NCBI GenBank assembly: GCA_043819795.1 | Contig: JBDREN010000126.1 | Location: forward strand, 1 to 64,000 | DNA: 64,000 nucleotides | Reading direction: 5' to 3' | Source of the DNA: Elusimicrobiota bacterium | GTDB taxonomy: Bacteria; Elusimicrobiota; Elusimicrobia; UBA1565 | In this document: positions 31,141-41,150 of the stretch, in pieces | Layout of the letters: each line of letters begins with the position of its first letter | Numbering within the stretch: the stretch's first letter is position 1 | The notes under the pieces: model-generated | Database searches by the model: none | Seen by the model: the letters and a program-made list of their open reading frames with translations, nothing else | What the model was told of the DNA's origin: nothing | Position numbers and translations under genes: made by a program

Positions 31141-32199
31141 TCAAGCCACGACCCGGAACGGGTGGACGCGCCGAGACGCGTCGGCCGCGCCGCAGCGCTT
31201 GAGGAAAGCGGACACCACCCCTTCTTCGGCCTTGCGCCACTTCTCCTCAGAAGCGCCCCGTCCCATCACCACCGAGCCGCCAGCCATCGTGCGATGCCCG
31301 CCGCCGCGATGCCTGCCGCCCAGAAGCTCCCCGAGCAGGCGCCCGGCGTCCTCCGAGGGGTTGTTCGTCCGCACGGACACGTGCAGCCGCCCGTTGTAGC
31401 GCCCGGTGACGATCGACCAGCGCATCCTCTCATGGCTCAGGAGGAAGTCCGCCATCAGCGCGACGCGGTCGGGGTTCGGCAGCTCCCGCAGGTGCACGCC
31501 GATGGTCCGGCGGCAGATGAAGGCGTTGCGTATGCCGCGCGCGATGGTCTGGAAGAACGAGGTCGGACGCGGCGGATTGACGATGCGCCAGAGAACCTTC
31601 GCGTTGGCCTTCGGCAGGATGGCCAGGTAGGCGGAAACGTCGCGCGGCCCGGCCTCCCGCCCGAGGTTCTGCGTCTCGGAGCCTATACCGTAGACGAGGG
31701 CCGTGGCCAGCCGCGTCGGCACGCGGGTGCCGGCGGCGGCCAGCATCTCGACGAGGATCGTCGACGTCGCGCCGACCGTCTTGTCGATGAGGAGGAAGTC
31801 CGCCTGTGTCCTGGCGCTGCGCGGGTGGTGGTCGATGAGGATGTCGGGATGGCGGTTCGCGGGGAAACGGTTGTTCTTGAACGGCGGCTGGCTGTCGACG
31901 ACCGCGGTCCAGGAGCACTCCAGGTCCGACTTCCGCAGCGGGTGGGCCGGGATCGCCAGGCTCTTGACCATCATCCGGTTCTCGCGCCGGCCGATCACTC
32001 CCCCGTAGGCGATGCGGGTGCGCGCCCCGCAGCGGGCGTGGACCAGATGCGCGAGCGCCCACGCGCTCGCGATCCCGTCCGGATCGGGGTGGTCGTGGGT
32101 GAGGATCAGGAGGGTCCCGGGCTTCTTGCCCCGCCGATCCAGGCGCTCCAGCAGCTCGCGCGCGGCCTTCTCGCCGGCGGTAAACTCGGTCACTTCCAT
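31141..32199 (-). CDS. DHH/DHHA1 phosphoesterase (candidate c-di-AMP/pApA hydrolase)
   Basis: HDHPDPDGIAS, VVDSQP, IDHHP, GGGH..MAGG; start overlaps the cyclase stop. Confidence 0.85.
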   Translation of the reverse strand: MEVTEFTAGEKAARELLERLDRRGKKPGTLLILTHDHPDPDGIASAWALAHLVHARCGARTRIAYGGVIGRRENRMMVKSLAIPAHPLRKSDLECSWTAVVDSQPPFKNNRFPANRHPDILIDHHPRSARTQADFLLIDKTVGATSTILVEMLAAAGTRVPTRLATALVYGIGSETQNLGREAGPRDVSAYLAILPKANAKVLWRIVNPPRPTSFFQTIARGIRNAFICRRTIGVHLRELPNPDRVALMADFLLSHERMRWSIVTGRYNGRLHVSVRTNNPSEDAGRLLGELLGGRHRGGGHRTMAGGSVVMGRGASEEKWRKAEEGVVSAFLKRCGAADASRRVHPFRVVA

Positions 32200-33377
32200 T
32201 GGCTGAGCTTCGGAGTCCCCTTCTTCCTCGCCAGCTCTATCCTCACGAGGCCGGGGTCCACCTCCTCGAACTGGAATCCGGCCGGGCGGCCGACGTCCCC
32301 CTCGGTGAGCCGTACATGGTTGAGGCCGCGGCGCATGTGGGAGAGGTCGATCCGCACGGCGAGCTTGTCTCGGTCCACCCAGTAGAAGCCCCTCATCTGC
32401 CCGGAGAACACCGCTTTCACCTTCTCGGGCTCGACGCTCACGACCTCCAGTCCCTCGGGGATGTTGCGGAGCTGCACCCCGAGATCGTAGTCCTGCCGCC
32501 ACTCCTTGGCCCCCATGACGAAGAGGACCCACAAAAGCAGCGCACCCGCCGCGGCGATGCCCTTCTCGCGCGAGTTGCGCCGTATGAACGTCTGAAAGAC
32601 GTCCCGGCGAGCCTTGGGCTCGCGCTCCGTCGTGAACTGCTCGAGCCGCCGCTCCAGCTGCGGGGTCCCGCGCAGGCTCTCGATCCGGCCGTCCTGCGCG
32701 ACCGATATCGTGCCGCGCTCCTCGCTCACGACGATGGAGAGGGCGTCGGTGAGCTCGGCGAGCCCGAGCGCCGCCATGTGGCGGGTGCCGAACTTGGCCG
32801 TCCTACCCGACTCCTTCGACAGCGGCAGGCGGCAACCGAATCGGGAGACGCGCCCCCCCTCGATGATGACCGCTCCGTCGTGGCCCATGGAATGGAAGTC
32901 AAAGATGCTCTTGAGCAGGGGCTCCGAGAACTCCCCGCCCAGGCCCCATCCGCCCTGGAGATGCCGCTCGAGCGGGTCCTGCCCGCGAAGGACCACGAGG
33001 GCGCCGATCCGCTCCCTGGCGAGATCGCCGATCACCCGCACGAGGGCGTCGGTCTGCTTGGTCGAGGCGGCGGGCTCGGTCCCGCGGGTCAGGGACCAGA
33101 CGGCGATCCGCTCGAAGATCCTGCGCAGCTCCTCCTGGAAGATCACCACGAGCGCCACCAGCAGGATGGCGAAGAAGCCGTGGAAGATGCCGGTCGTCAT
33201 GACCATGCCGGTCGTCCGCGAGAACAGGTAGACGGCCGCCAGGACCAGCATGCCCTTGGCGACGAAGGCCGCCCTTGCCCGCTTGAACCATACCAGCAGG
33301 GCGTAGACGAGCACGGCCACCAGCGCGATGTCGAGCAGGTCCGCCAGGCCGACGGCTTTCAGGGCAGACAGGAACAT
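32190..33377 (-). CDS. dacA: Diadenylate cyclase CdaA/DacA fused to a TM + YbbR-like domain
   Basis: 3 TM, IFQEELRR, HDGAVII, GTRHMAALG, VVSEERGTIS; then a TM and NIPEGL......P.KV. Confidence 0.88.
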   Translation of the reverse strand: MFLSALKAVGLADLLDIALVAVLVYALLVWFKRARAAFVAKGMLVLAAVYLFSRTTGMVMTTGIFHGFFAILLVALVVIFQEELRRIFERIAVWSLTRGTEPAASTKQTDALVRVIGDLARERIGALVVLRGQDPLERHLQGGWGLGGEFSEPLLKSIFDFHSMGHDGAVIIEGGRVSRFGCRLPLSKESGRTAKFGTRHMAALGLAELTDALSIVVSEERGTISVAQDGRIESLRGTPQLERRLEQFTTEREPKARRDVFQTFIRRNSREKGIAAAGALLLWVLFVMGAKEWRQDYDLGVQLRNIPEGLEVVSVEPEKVKAVFSGQMRGFYWVDRDKLAVRIDLSHMRRGLNHVRLTEGDVGRPAGFQFEEVDPGLVRIELARKKGTPKLSQWK

Positions 33378-33538
33378 CTCGGGGCTTATTATACATATAT
33401 GCCCGCTATTGCCGCCCCTGGCGCATTTCGCTACAATCGGGTCGGACGACGCGGCGGCGTCCCGTCGTCAAGATAGCGGCCCACAGGACCACGCGTACCT
33501 CGGGCCTTTCTTCGTTCGAGGAGGATCCGTCTCCCCGC

Positions 33539-34363
33539 ATGAGCGCGCCAAGCTCCCATCACGACGACATGCTGATCCCGGCGTTCCGTAACGGGTTTCC
33601 GCCGGGCTACACGCCCGTCACCAAGGAAGGCGAGGTCGAGTTCGACATGGGAGTCGACTTCGGCATCCACCGGCAGGCCCGGGGCTCGACGCTCGAGGAG
33701 CGCCATCCAAGGGAGAGCGCCTGGGTGCTGCTGGACGGCAAGGCCGAGCTCGAGTTCGCCGGGAAGATCGAGCTCGTCGAGCGCGGGTCCCTCTTCGACG
33801 AGGGGCCGACGGCCCTGCATCTGGGGCCCGACACCCCGGTCCGCATCTCGGCGGTCTCCGACGTGGAATGGGCCGTGGTCCAAGCCGAGAACCACGCGTC
33901 GCCCGACCCGCGGCTCTTCCGCCCGGAGCGGATCGACGCCGAGCTCCACGGGAAGGGGCTCGCGCAGGGCACGTGCCTGCGGATCGCGCGCCGCGTCTTC
34001 GACCGGGAGAGCCGCCCGGAGGCGGGCATCGCCATCGGCGAGACCATCGGCTTCCCCGGCCGCTGGTCGGGCTATCCGCCGCACCATCACGAACAGCCCC
34101 AGATCTGCCACTACCGGTTCACGCTGCCCCACGGCTACGGCCACGGGGAATGCGGCGACCAGGTATTCAAGCTCCACTCCTACGACTCCATGAAGATACC
34201 GGGGGGAGTGGACCACGCGCAAGTCGCCGCGCCGGGCTACGGCATGTATTGCCTGTGGATCATCCGGCATCTGCCGGGCAAGCCCTACACCGGCTTCACG
34301 TTCGCGAAGGACCACGATTGGGTCCTCGATCCGAACAACCAGGGCTGGAGACCGAAACGCTGA
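33539..34363 (+). CDS. iolB: IolB/KduI-family cupin isomerase
   Basis: GET...PGRWSGYPPHHH; H.QVAAPGYGMY.LW. Confidence 0.8.
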   Translation: MSAPSSHHDDMLIPAFRNGFPPGYTPVTKEGEVEFDMGVDFGIHRQARGSTLEERHPRESAWVLLDGKAELEFAGKIELVERGSLFDEGPTALHLGPDTPVRISAVSDVEWAVVQAENHASPDPRLFRPERIDAELHGKGLAQGTCLRIARRVFDRESRPEAGIAIGETIGFPGRWSGYPPHHHEQPQICHYRFTLPHGYGHGECGDQVFKLHSYDSMKIPGGVDHAQVAAPGYGMYCLWIIRHLPGKPYTGFTFAKDHDWVLDPNNQGWRPKR

Positions 34364-34456
34364 AGTCCCGCTTCGGCGGATCAAGACGGCCGCGCCGCCC
34401 CCCGGCGCCCGCAAGAACCGGGGGGATATTCCTCTCTGGACTATGGGCGAGGGCGG

Positions 34457-35641
34457 CTATTGCACGATGACCGTGCCGTCGCCGCCTCTGCCGCCGATCT
34501 GCTCGCCCGGACCGCCGGAGCCGCCTTGGCCGACCGTGATGGCGAGCGTGTCGCCGGGATTGACCGACAACGTCTTCTCTGCGTAGCCGCCGGACCCGCC
34601 GCCGCTTCCGTTCGTCGTGTCGCGCCGTCCTCCGCTGCCGCCCCCGCCCGGCGGCGCGCCGGGGTTGCCGGGAAGCCCGTCGACGGAGACTCCCGCGCCG
34701 CCCGACCCGCCGCCGTTGGGAGCGTTGCCGCCTCGTCCGCTCATCGCGGGCGAGCGGTCGCCTCCCTTCTCGCCCGTCAGGTTCATGTCGCCGCCGGAAG
34801 CCGTCCCGCCGGGGCCGCCGGGGCCGCCGTCATTGGAGGCTCGCCCGGGCTCGCCGCCGTTGGCGATGACGGTCCCGTTGACGCTGCTGGGCCCACCGGC
34901 CTGACCGGGACCTTGGGTCTCGCCGCCGTCGCCGCCGCCCCCTCCACCCCCGCCCCAGACCTTGACCTTCACGCTCGTAACGCTCGCCGGGACCGTGAAC
35001 GAAAAGGAGCCCGCCACATCGTACACCTTCGTGCAGATCCATCTGCTGCCATCCCAGCCTAGGCTGTCGCAGACCGGCGGCATGGGCACGCCGGGCGAGC
35101 CCGGCGGGCCCGCGGGGCCGGTGTCGCCCTTCGGCCCTTGCGGACCCTGCGCTCCCTGCGGGCCTTGCGATCCGGTGTCACCCTTGGGTCCCTGCGAACC
35201 TTGCGGGCCGGTATCCCCCTTCGGTCCCTCCGGGCCCTGCGAACCAGCGTCCCCCTTCGGTCCCTGCGGACCTTCCGGCCCCCGCGCTCCCTGCGGGCCT
35301 TGCGAACCCGTCTCGCCCTTCAGCCCCTGCGGGCCCTGCGGCCCCTGCTGTCCCTGCGGGCCTTGCGCGCCGGTCTCGCCCTTGAGCCCCCGCGGACCTT
35401 GCGGACCCTGTGGTCCTTGCGGGCCCGTGTCCCCCGTCTCTCCTTTGGGACCCTTCAGGATAAGGTCCGTCTTCAGCTCGACGGGGCCGGTCAGCTCCAT
35501 GAGGAGCGTTCCGTCGGGTTTTGTCTTTAGGACGCGCTTGACTCCGGACTCGTCCTTGCCGCGGACCACTCCGCTATCCTCGGACATGGCCGGCAGCGCG
35601 CCCAAGCAGAGCGACAAAACGAGCAGCGCCAGTTTCTTCAT
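34457..35641 (-). CDS. Secreted collagen-like protein, copy 1, Gly-rich C-terminal domain
   Basis: Signal peptide; long Gly-X-Y run; [26 protein letters not shown]...[17 protein letters not shown]. Confidence 0.88.
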   Translation of the reverse strand: MKKLALLVLSLCLGALPAMSEDSGVVRGKDESGVKRVLKTKPDGTLLMELTGPVELKTDLILKGPKGETGDTGPQGPQGPQGPRGLKGETGAQGPQGQQGPQGPQGLKGETGSQGPQGARGPEGPQGPKGDAGSQGPEGPKGDTGPQGSQGPKGDTGSQGPQGAQGPQGPKGDTGPAGPPGSPGVPMPPVCDSLGWDGSRWICTKVYDVAGSFSFTVPASVTSVKVKVWGGGGGGGGDGGETQGPGQAGGPSSVNGTVIANGGEPGRASNDGGPGGPGGTASGGDMNLTGEKGGDRSPAMSGRGGNAPNGGGSGGAGVSVDGLPGNPGAPPGGGGSGGRRDTTNGSGGGSGGYAEKTLSVNPGDTLAITVGQGGSGGPGEQIGGRGGDGTVIVQ

Positions 35642-35672
35642 GCTAGACCTCCAAAATGTTCATCCCACCCAT

Positions 35673-35766
35673 TTAATAGCCCCGAAGCGGCTAAAAGTCA
35701 AGGACAAGCGGCTGACAATCATGTGTAAATAGAGATTATATTATAAGCTCTTTTATTTTTTGTCAA
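35673..35766 (-). promoter_or_regulatory. Tandem sigma70-like promoters of collagen gene 1
   Basis: TTGACA (35766-35761) followed by TATAATATAAT; TTGACT-17 nt-TATTAA (35701-35673); AT-rich. Confidence 0.7.
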
Positions 35767-35832
35767 CCAAAAGCTCCGCATCGTCTGACAACGCGGACTG
35801 AGAGGCTCGCGGTGCGAGACGTTCAGGCCGCT

Positions 35833-35964
35833 CCGGGCTACGGCATGTATTGCCCGTGGATCATCCGGCATCTGCCGGGCAATCCCTGCACGGGCTTCAC
35901 CTTCGCGAAGGACCACGAGTGGATCCTCGATCCGAACACCCGGGGCTGGAGACCGAAACGCTGA
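35833..35964 (+). pseudogene. Duplicated 3' fragment of iolB
   Basis: PGYGMYCPWIIRHLPGNPCTGFTFAKDHEWILDPNTRGWRPKR* versus the iolB C-terminus; 9 substitutions counted by eye. Confidence 0.88.
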
Positions 35965-36009
35965 AGCCGCGAGCGCGTCCGAGTGAATGCTCGGACAAAT
36001 GCTGCGGGG

Positions 36010-37017
36010 CTAATTCGAAAAGCCTGTTATGGAATACAAGCCTATTGCGCCACCGCCCGAATGCCTCAGACTGATAGCCACTCCATAGATTGTTCCATCG
36101 GTCAAAGAAGAGACATCCACACTTCCGTTGACCCAAGCAAGGCCGCTACCGGATGATGAAATCTCTCCGGTTTGTCCTCCAATGTCCACTTGGACATAGG
36201 CAGCGCTGGAGTCGCTTCCCTCAACGAAGGCATAGAAGTCAACTTTGGATATTCCGGATGATTTCTGGAACTTTGACTTTATTACGGGCTTGTAAGTGCT
36301 GCCCTGGACGTACCAATACATTATTTCCGGAGTTTCACCGCTTCGTACACCGGACGCATTTGATGTCCTCACAATGCCAAAAGTGCCGGGGGTTTCATTG
36401 TTGTCGTCGACCAGGGCAAAGGTGAATGCCACGTTGGACCCGCCGGCGCCCGTGTCGCCCTTCGGTCCGGCAGCCCCGGTATCCCCCTTCGGTCCGGTGT
36501 CTCCAGTGTCGCCCTTGGGTCCCCGCGGACCTTGCGGACCGATGTCGCCTTCGGACCCCTGTGGACCTTCCGGCCCCTGTGGCCCCTGCGACCCCTGCGG
36601 GCCCTGCGCTCCTTGCGGGCCGGCGGCCCCCGTGTCGCCTTTCGCGCCCGGAGCGCCCGTATCGCCTTTCTGTCCTTGCGACCCCTGCGGGCCCTGCGCT
36701 CCCTGCGGGCCGGCGGGCCCCGTGTCCCCTTGCAGCCCCCGCGCGCCCGCGTCGCCCTTCAGCCCCTGCGGACCTTGCGGCCCCTGTGGTCCTTGCGGGC
36801 CCGTGTCCCCCGTCTCTCCTTTGGGACCCGTCAGGATAAGGTCCGTCCTCAGCTCGACGGGGCCGGTCAGCTCCATGAGGAGCGTCCCGTCGGGTTTTGT
36901 CTTTAGGTCGCGCTTGACCCCGGACTCGTCCTTGCCGCGGACCACTCCGCTATCCTCGGACATGGCCGGCAGCGCACCCAAGCAGAGCGACAAAACGAGC
37001 AGCGCCAGTTTCTTCAT
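36010..37017 (-). CDS. Secreted collagen-like protein, copy 2, unrelated low-GC C-terminal domain
   Basis: Near-identical first ~85 aa to copy 1; Gly-X-Y run; different beta-rich C-terminus encoded by AT-richer DNA. Confidence 0.88.
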   Translation of the reverse strand: MKKLALLVLSLCLGALPAMSEDSGVVRGKDESGVKRDLKTKPDGTLLMELTGPVELRTDLILTGPKGETGDTGPQGPQGPQGPQGLKGDAGARGLQGDTGPAGPQGAQGPQGSQGQKGDTGAPGAKGDTGAAGPQGAQGPQGSQGPQGPEGPQGSEGDIGPQGPRGPKGDTGDTGPKGDTGAAGPKGDTGAGGSNVAFTFALVDDNNETPGTFGIVRTSNASGVRSGETPEIMYWYVQGSTYKPVIKSKFQKSSGISKVDFYAFVEGSDSSAAYVQVDIGGQTGEISSSGSGLAWVNGSVDVSSLTDGTIYGVAISLRHSGGGAIGLYSITGFSN

Positions 37018-37048
37018 GCTAGACCTCCAAAATGTTCATCCCACCCAT

Positions 37049-37142
37049 TTAATAGCCCCGAAGCGGCTGAAAGTCAAGGACAAGAGGCTGACAATCATAT
37101 GTAAATAAAGATTATATTATAAGCTCTTTTATTTTTTGTCAA
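37049..37142 (-). promoter_or_regulatory. Duplicated promoters of collagen gene 2
   Basis: Same TTGACA/TATAAT and TTGACT/TATTAA elements as copy 1. Confidence 0.7.
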
Positions 37143-37265
37143 CCAAAAGCTCTGCATCGTCTGACAACGCGGGCTGAGAGGCTCGCGGTGCGAGACGTTC
37201 AGGCCGCTCCGCTTGCAAGCGGAGCGGGCGCCCTGGTATCCTTTAGAAGCCTCGTCTCTTTTCTA

Positions 37266-39014
37266 ATGCGCCATCTCCGGAAGATCTGGCCGTACATGAA
37301 GCCCTACCGGGGCCGCTACGCGGCCGGGCTCCTTATCGTCGTCGTGGGGAGCCTGCTGGCCGTGGTGAGCCCGCTCTTCATCAAGGCCGCCATCGACAGC
37401 CTGGAACGCGGGGACCCGGGCGGCGCGGTCGGGTTCTTCGCGCTGATGATCGTCTGCGTAGGAGTCGTGCGCGCCGCCTTCGTCTTCCGCGGCCGCTACA
37501 CGGTCATCTCGACCTCGCGGTTGGTCGAGCACGACCTGCGCCTCCGGCTCTACCGCAAGCTCCTGCGCCTGCCGGCGCTCTTCTTCGACCGTCAGGCATC
37601 GGGGGACCTGCAATCCCGCGTCATCAACGACGTGGAGGGGGTGCGCATGGTGACCGGCCTGGGGATGATGCTCGTCGTCTCCAGCGGCCTGCTCGCGACG
37701 CTGAGCGTCGCCGCCATGTTCGCGCTCGACGCCAGGCTCGCCGCGCTTTCCCTCATTCCCCTCGCCCTCATCACCGCGCTCACGAACCTCATCACAGGGA
37801 GGCTCTTCGCCCAGTGGGAGGCGATCCAGGACCGCCTCGGCACGATCAGCACGATCGCCCAGGAGAACTTCTCGGGAGCGCGCGTCGTGCGCGCCTTCTC
37901 GCGCGAAGAGGCCGAGAGCCGCGCCTTCGCGCGGGCTTCGCGCGACTACCTCGAAGCCAACATCGTCCACGTGCGCACGCGGGGCGCGGCCTACGGCCTG
38001 ATGACGCTCCTCATCGAGTCCACGATCGGCGTGACCCTGCTCGTCGGCGGCATGGGCATCATCGCGGGGACGCTCACCAAAGGCGACTTCGTGGCGTTCA
38101 CGGCCTACCAGTTCATGCTCGCATGGCCGGTCGTCTCCATGGGCTGGGTGATCACCATGATCCAGCGCGGCGCGGCCTGCATGGACCGCGTCTCCAAGAT
38201 ACTGGACGCTCCGGAGGAAGAGACGGACGATCCGCCCGAGGTCCCGCCCCCCTCCCGCGGAGAGATCGAGCTGCGGGACCTCACCTTCCGCTACACGGGC
38301 GACCGGCCGCCCGCCCTGAAGGGCGTGTCGCTCAAGATCGCCCCCGGCGAGCGGGTCGCGGTCGTCGGCCGCACCGGCTCGGGCAAGAGCGCCCTCATCC
38401 AGATCCTGCTCGGCCTCTACCGGGCGCCGCGCGGAAGCGTTTTCCTCGACGGGCGCGACATCAACGATTACCCGCGGCGCGCCCTCCGGGCGGCCATGGG
38501 AAGCGTCCCGCAGGACACGTTCCTGTTCAGCGACACCATCTCCTTCAACATCGCCTTCGGGACCGACGGCGGGGGCGACGCGCCTGAAGAGGCGATCCTC
38601 AAGGCCGCGGAGGGCTCGCGCATCTCGGAGGACCTCGCGGCCTTCCCCGACGGGATCGAGCAGGTCATCGGCGAGCGCGGCATCACCCTATCGGGGGGCC
38701 AAAAGCAGCGCACGGCCATCGCCCGCGCCCTCATCAGGCGCCCGGGTCTTCTGCTGCTCGACGACGCGCTCTCGAGCGTGGACGTGCACACCGAGCGGGA
38801 GATCCTCGAGCGCCTGGACGGGTTCATGGAAGGCCGGACCTGCGTGATCGTCGCGCACCGCTTCTCGGTCGTCTCGAAGGTGGACCGCATCCTGGTGCTC
38901 GACGAGGGGAGGCTCGTCGAGCAGGGCACGCACGAGGCGCTCATGGCGCGCGGCGGCCTCTACGCCGCGCTCGTCGCGCGACAGAACCTCGAGGAGGCTC
39001 TGGAGCAGGCATGA
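37266..39014 (+). CDS. ABC exporter subunit (MdlA-like)
   Basis: TMD + NBD: GRTGSGKS, LSGGQKQR, LLDD. Confidence 0.92.
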   Translation: MRHLRKIWPYMKPYRGRYAAGLLIVVVGSLLAVVSPLFIKAAIDSLERGDPGGAVGFFALMIVCVGVVRAAFVFRGRYTVISTSRLVEHDLRLRLYRKLLRLPALFFDRQASGDLQSRVINDVEGVRMVTGLGMMLVVSSGLLATLSVAAMFALDARLAALSLIPLALITALTNLITGRLFAQWEAIQDRLGTISTIAQENFSGARVVRAFSREEAESRAFARASRDYLEANIVHVRTRGAAYGLMTLLIESTIGVTLLVGGMGIIAGTLTKGDFVAFTAYQFMLAWPVVSMGWVITMIQRGAACMDRVSKILDAPEEETDDPPEVPPPSRGEIELRDLTFRYTGDRPPALKGVSLKIAPGERVAVVGRTGSGKSALIQILLGLYRAPRGSVFLDGRDINDYPRRALRAAMGSVPQDTFLFSDTISFNIAFGTDGGGDAPEEAILKAAEGSRISEDLAAFPDGIEQVIGERGITLSGGQKQRTAIARALIRRPGLLLLDDALSSVDVHTEREILERLDGFMEGRTCVIVAHRFSVVSKVDRILVLDEGRLVEQGTHEALMARGGLYAALVARQNLEEALEQA

Positions 39015-40780
39015 GGCGCATGTACGACGAGGAGGATCTCGGCAAGGCCTACGACTTGGCGCTCCTGCGCCGCTTCCTCGGCTATCTCAGGCCCCACTGG
39101 AGGCCGGTAGCCGCGACCCTCGCGGTCATCGCGGCCGGCATCGTCATGGACCTCGCCGCGCCCTTCCTTCTGCGCGGCGCGATAGACGGCCCCATCGCGG
39201 CCGGCGACCTCCCCGGGCTCCGGCTCTACGCGGCGGCCTTCTTCGTCGTGATCGTCCTCGACGGCGTCTTCGAGATGCTCGAGCACTACATCTCCAGCGT
39301 GGCGGGCCAACGCATCATCTACGACCTTCGCGCCGAGGTATTCGACCACCTGCAGCGCCTGCCGGCCGCCTTCTACGACCGCAGCCCGGTCGGCCGCCTG
39401 CTGACCCGCGTCACCAGCGACGTGGAGAACCTGAGCGAGCTCTTCACCTCCGGCCTGGTGGGGATGCTGAGCAACGCTCTTTTCCTCGGAGCGATCGTCG
39501 CCGCCATGCTCGTGGTGGACTGGCGGCTCACGCTTCTGACTTTGGCCGCCGTGCCGTTCGTCGTCGCCGGGGCGGCCGTCTTCCGGGGGCACGCCCGCCG
39601 GACCTACCGCGCCATGCGCCAGGGGATCGCGGCCGTGACCGCCTACCTCAACGAGACCCTGGGCGGCGTCAAGACGATACAGATATTCAACCGTCAGGCG
39701 ACGTGCGCCGAACGCTTCGCCGAGCGCCACCGGGTCTACCGCGAGCGCGCGATCCTCGCCGGGTTCATCTACTCATTCTTCTGGCCAGGCATCGAGCTCC
39801 TCACGACCCTCGTCATGGCGGCGATCCTGTGGCAGGCGGGCCGCTCGATCCTGGCCGGAGCGACGACTTTCGGCTCGTTCCTCGCTTTCTGGTACCTGGC
39901 GCGGAAGTTCTTCGAGCCCATCCGGGAGCTCGCCGAGAAATACAACATCCTCCAGGCCGCCATGGCCTCCTCCGAACGCATCTTCAAGCTGCTCGACACC
40001 AGGCCGGACATCACGGCGCCGGAGCGGCCGGCCGCGCCCCCGCGCCGGGGCGAGATCGAGTTCCGGGACGTGAGCTTCTCCTATGACGGCGAGACGCCGG
40101 TCCTCAAAAACGTCTCCTTCAAGGTGCGGCCCGGCGAGAAGGTCGCCCTGGTCGGCTACACGGGCGCCGGGAAGACCAGCGTCCTGCACCTGCTGCTCCG
40201 CCTCTACGACGCGACCTCGGGCAGCGTCCTCGTGGACGGCGCGGACGTGCGCGACTACGACCCCCGGAAGCTCCGGCGCCGCTTCGGGACGGTGTTCCAG
40301 GACGTGTTCCTGTTCTCGGGGACGGTGGGCGAGAACATCCGCATGGGCGAGGACGTGCCGGAGGCGAAGCTCAAGGAAGCCGTGCGCCTGGTGAACGCCG
40401 AGCACGTCGTGCAAAGCCTTCCCGACGGCTACCGTTCGGAGCTGCGCGAGCGCGGCTCGGCGGTTTCCGTCGGCGAGCGGCAGCTCCTCTCTTTCGCGCG
40501 GGCGCTGGTCTCGGACCCCCCCATCCTCATCCTAGACGAAGCCACCTCCAGCGTGGACGCCGAGACCGAGGGCCTCATCCAGGAGGCGATGGAGAAGATG
40601 ATGGTGGGGCGCACGGCCGTCATCGTGGCCCACCGGCTCTCCACGGTGCGCCGCGCCGACCGCATCCTGGTGCTGCACCACGGCACCCTGCGCGAGGAGG
40701 GCACCCACGAGGAGCTCCTCAAGAAGAAGGGCCTCTACGAAAAGCTCTACCGCCTGCAGTGGAGCCCTGCGGCGGCCTAA
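39011..40780 (+). CDS. ABC exporter subunit (MdlB-like)
   Basis: TMD + NBD: GYTGAGKT, VSVGERQ, ILDEATS; ATGA coupling. Confidence 0.92.
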   Translation: MRRMYDEEDLGKAYDLALLRRFLGYLRPHWRPVAATLAVIAAGIVMDLAAPFLLRGAIDGPIAAGDLPGLRLYAAAFFVVIVLDGVFEMLEHYISSVAGQRIIYDLRAEVFDHLQRLPAAFYDRSPVGRLLTRVTSDVENLSELFTSGLVGMLSNALFLGAIVAAMLVVDWRLTLLTLAAVPFVVAGAAVFRGHARRTYRAMRQGIAAVTAYLNETLGGVKTIQIFNRQATCAERFAERHRVYRERAILAGFIYSFFWPGIELLTTLVMAAILWQAGRSILAGATTFGSFLAFWYLARKFFEPIRELAEKYNILQAAMASSERIFKLLDTRPDITAPERPAAPPRRGEIEFRDVSFSYDGETPVLKNVSFKVRPGEKVALVGYTGAGKTSVLHLLLRLYDATSGSVLVDGADVRDYDPRKLRRRFGTVFQDVFLFSGTVGENIRMGEDVPEAKLKEAVRLVNAEHVVQSLPDGYRSELRERGSAVSVGERQLLSFARALVSDPPILILDEATSSVDAETEGLIQEAMEKMMVGRTAVIVAHRLSTVRRADRILVLHHGTLREEGTHEELLKKKGLYEKLYRLQWSPAAA

Positions 40781-41150
40781 GCTCGAATCAGTAGGTAAGC
40801 GGTATCCAACGGACCGCCGGGTCCCGTCCCAGTTCCGTCCCGGCGGGGACGCGGTCGCCCAGAAGGCGCCGCTCTGGCCTCGGCCTCCTGAATGCGTAAG
40901 TCGGCCTCCGGCAAGCCCCGCCGGTCCGGACCTGGGCCACCCGGCGTACTGTTCTTCGCCGCCCCAATCAACCGGGGGATTCCCGACCGCGCCGCCATCG
41001 TCTCTAAGATTTTGATAAAAATTGCGCTGCAATACACAGCGGAATTCGCATTCGGCACCGAATGCGCCCGACGCCGCGACTACTGGACGCCTCGGTGCCC
41101 TTGAAAATAAGAGAAAGAAGGCATACCCTAGGAAGTGCCTGAGGCTTGGA

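Larger units (their letters stand above)
34226..37211. repeat. Direct tandem duplication (units about 34226-35826 and 35827-37211)
   Basis: iolB 3' end repeated at 35833-35966; 35380-35835 nearly identical to 36760-37211; GCCGC(G/T)CCG at 34226, 35827 and 37203. Confidence 0.9.

Noticed and set aside
34226..35966. iolB tail duplicate as a DGR template/variable pair
   Set aside because: Differences are not adenine-specific and no reverse transcriptase is in the window.
35100..36830. Short tandem repeats as a CRISPR array
   Set aside because: They are in-frame Gly-X-Y collagen codons with no unique spacers, and no cas genes are present.
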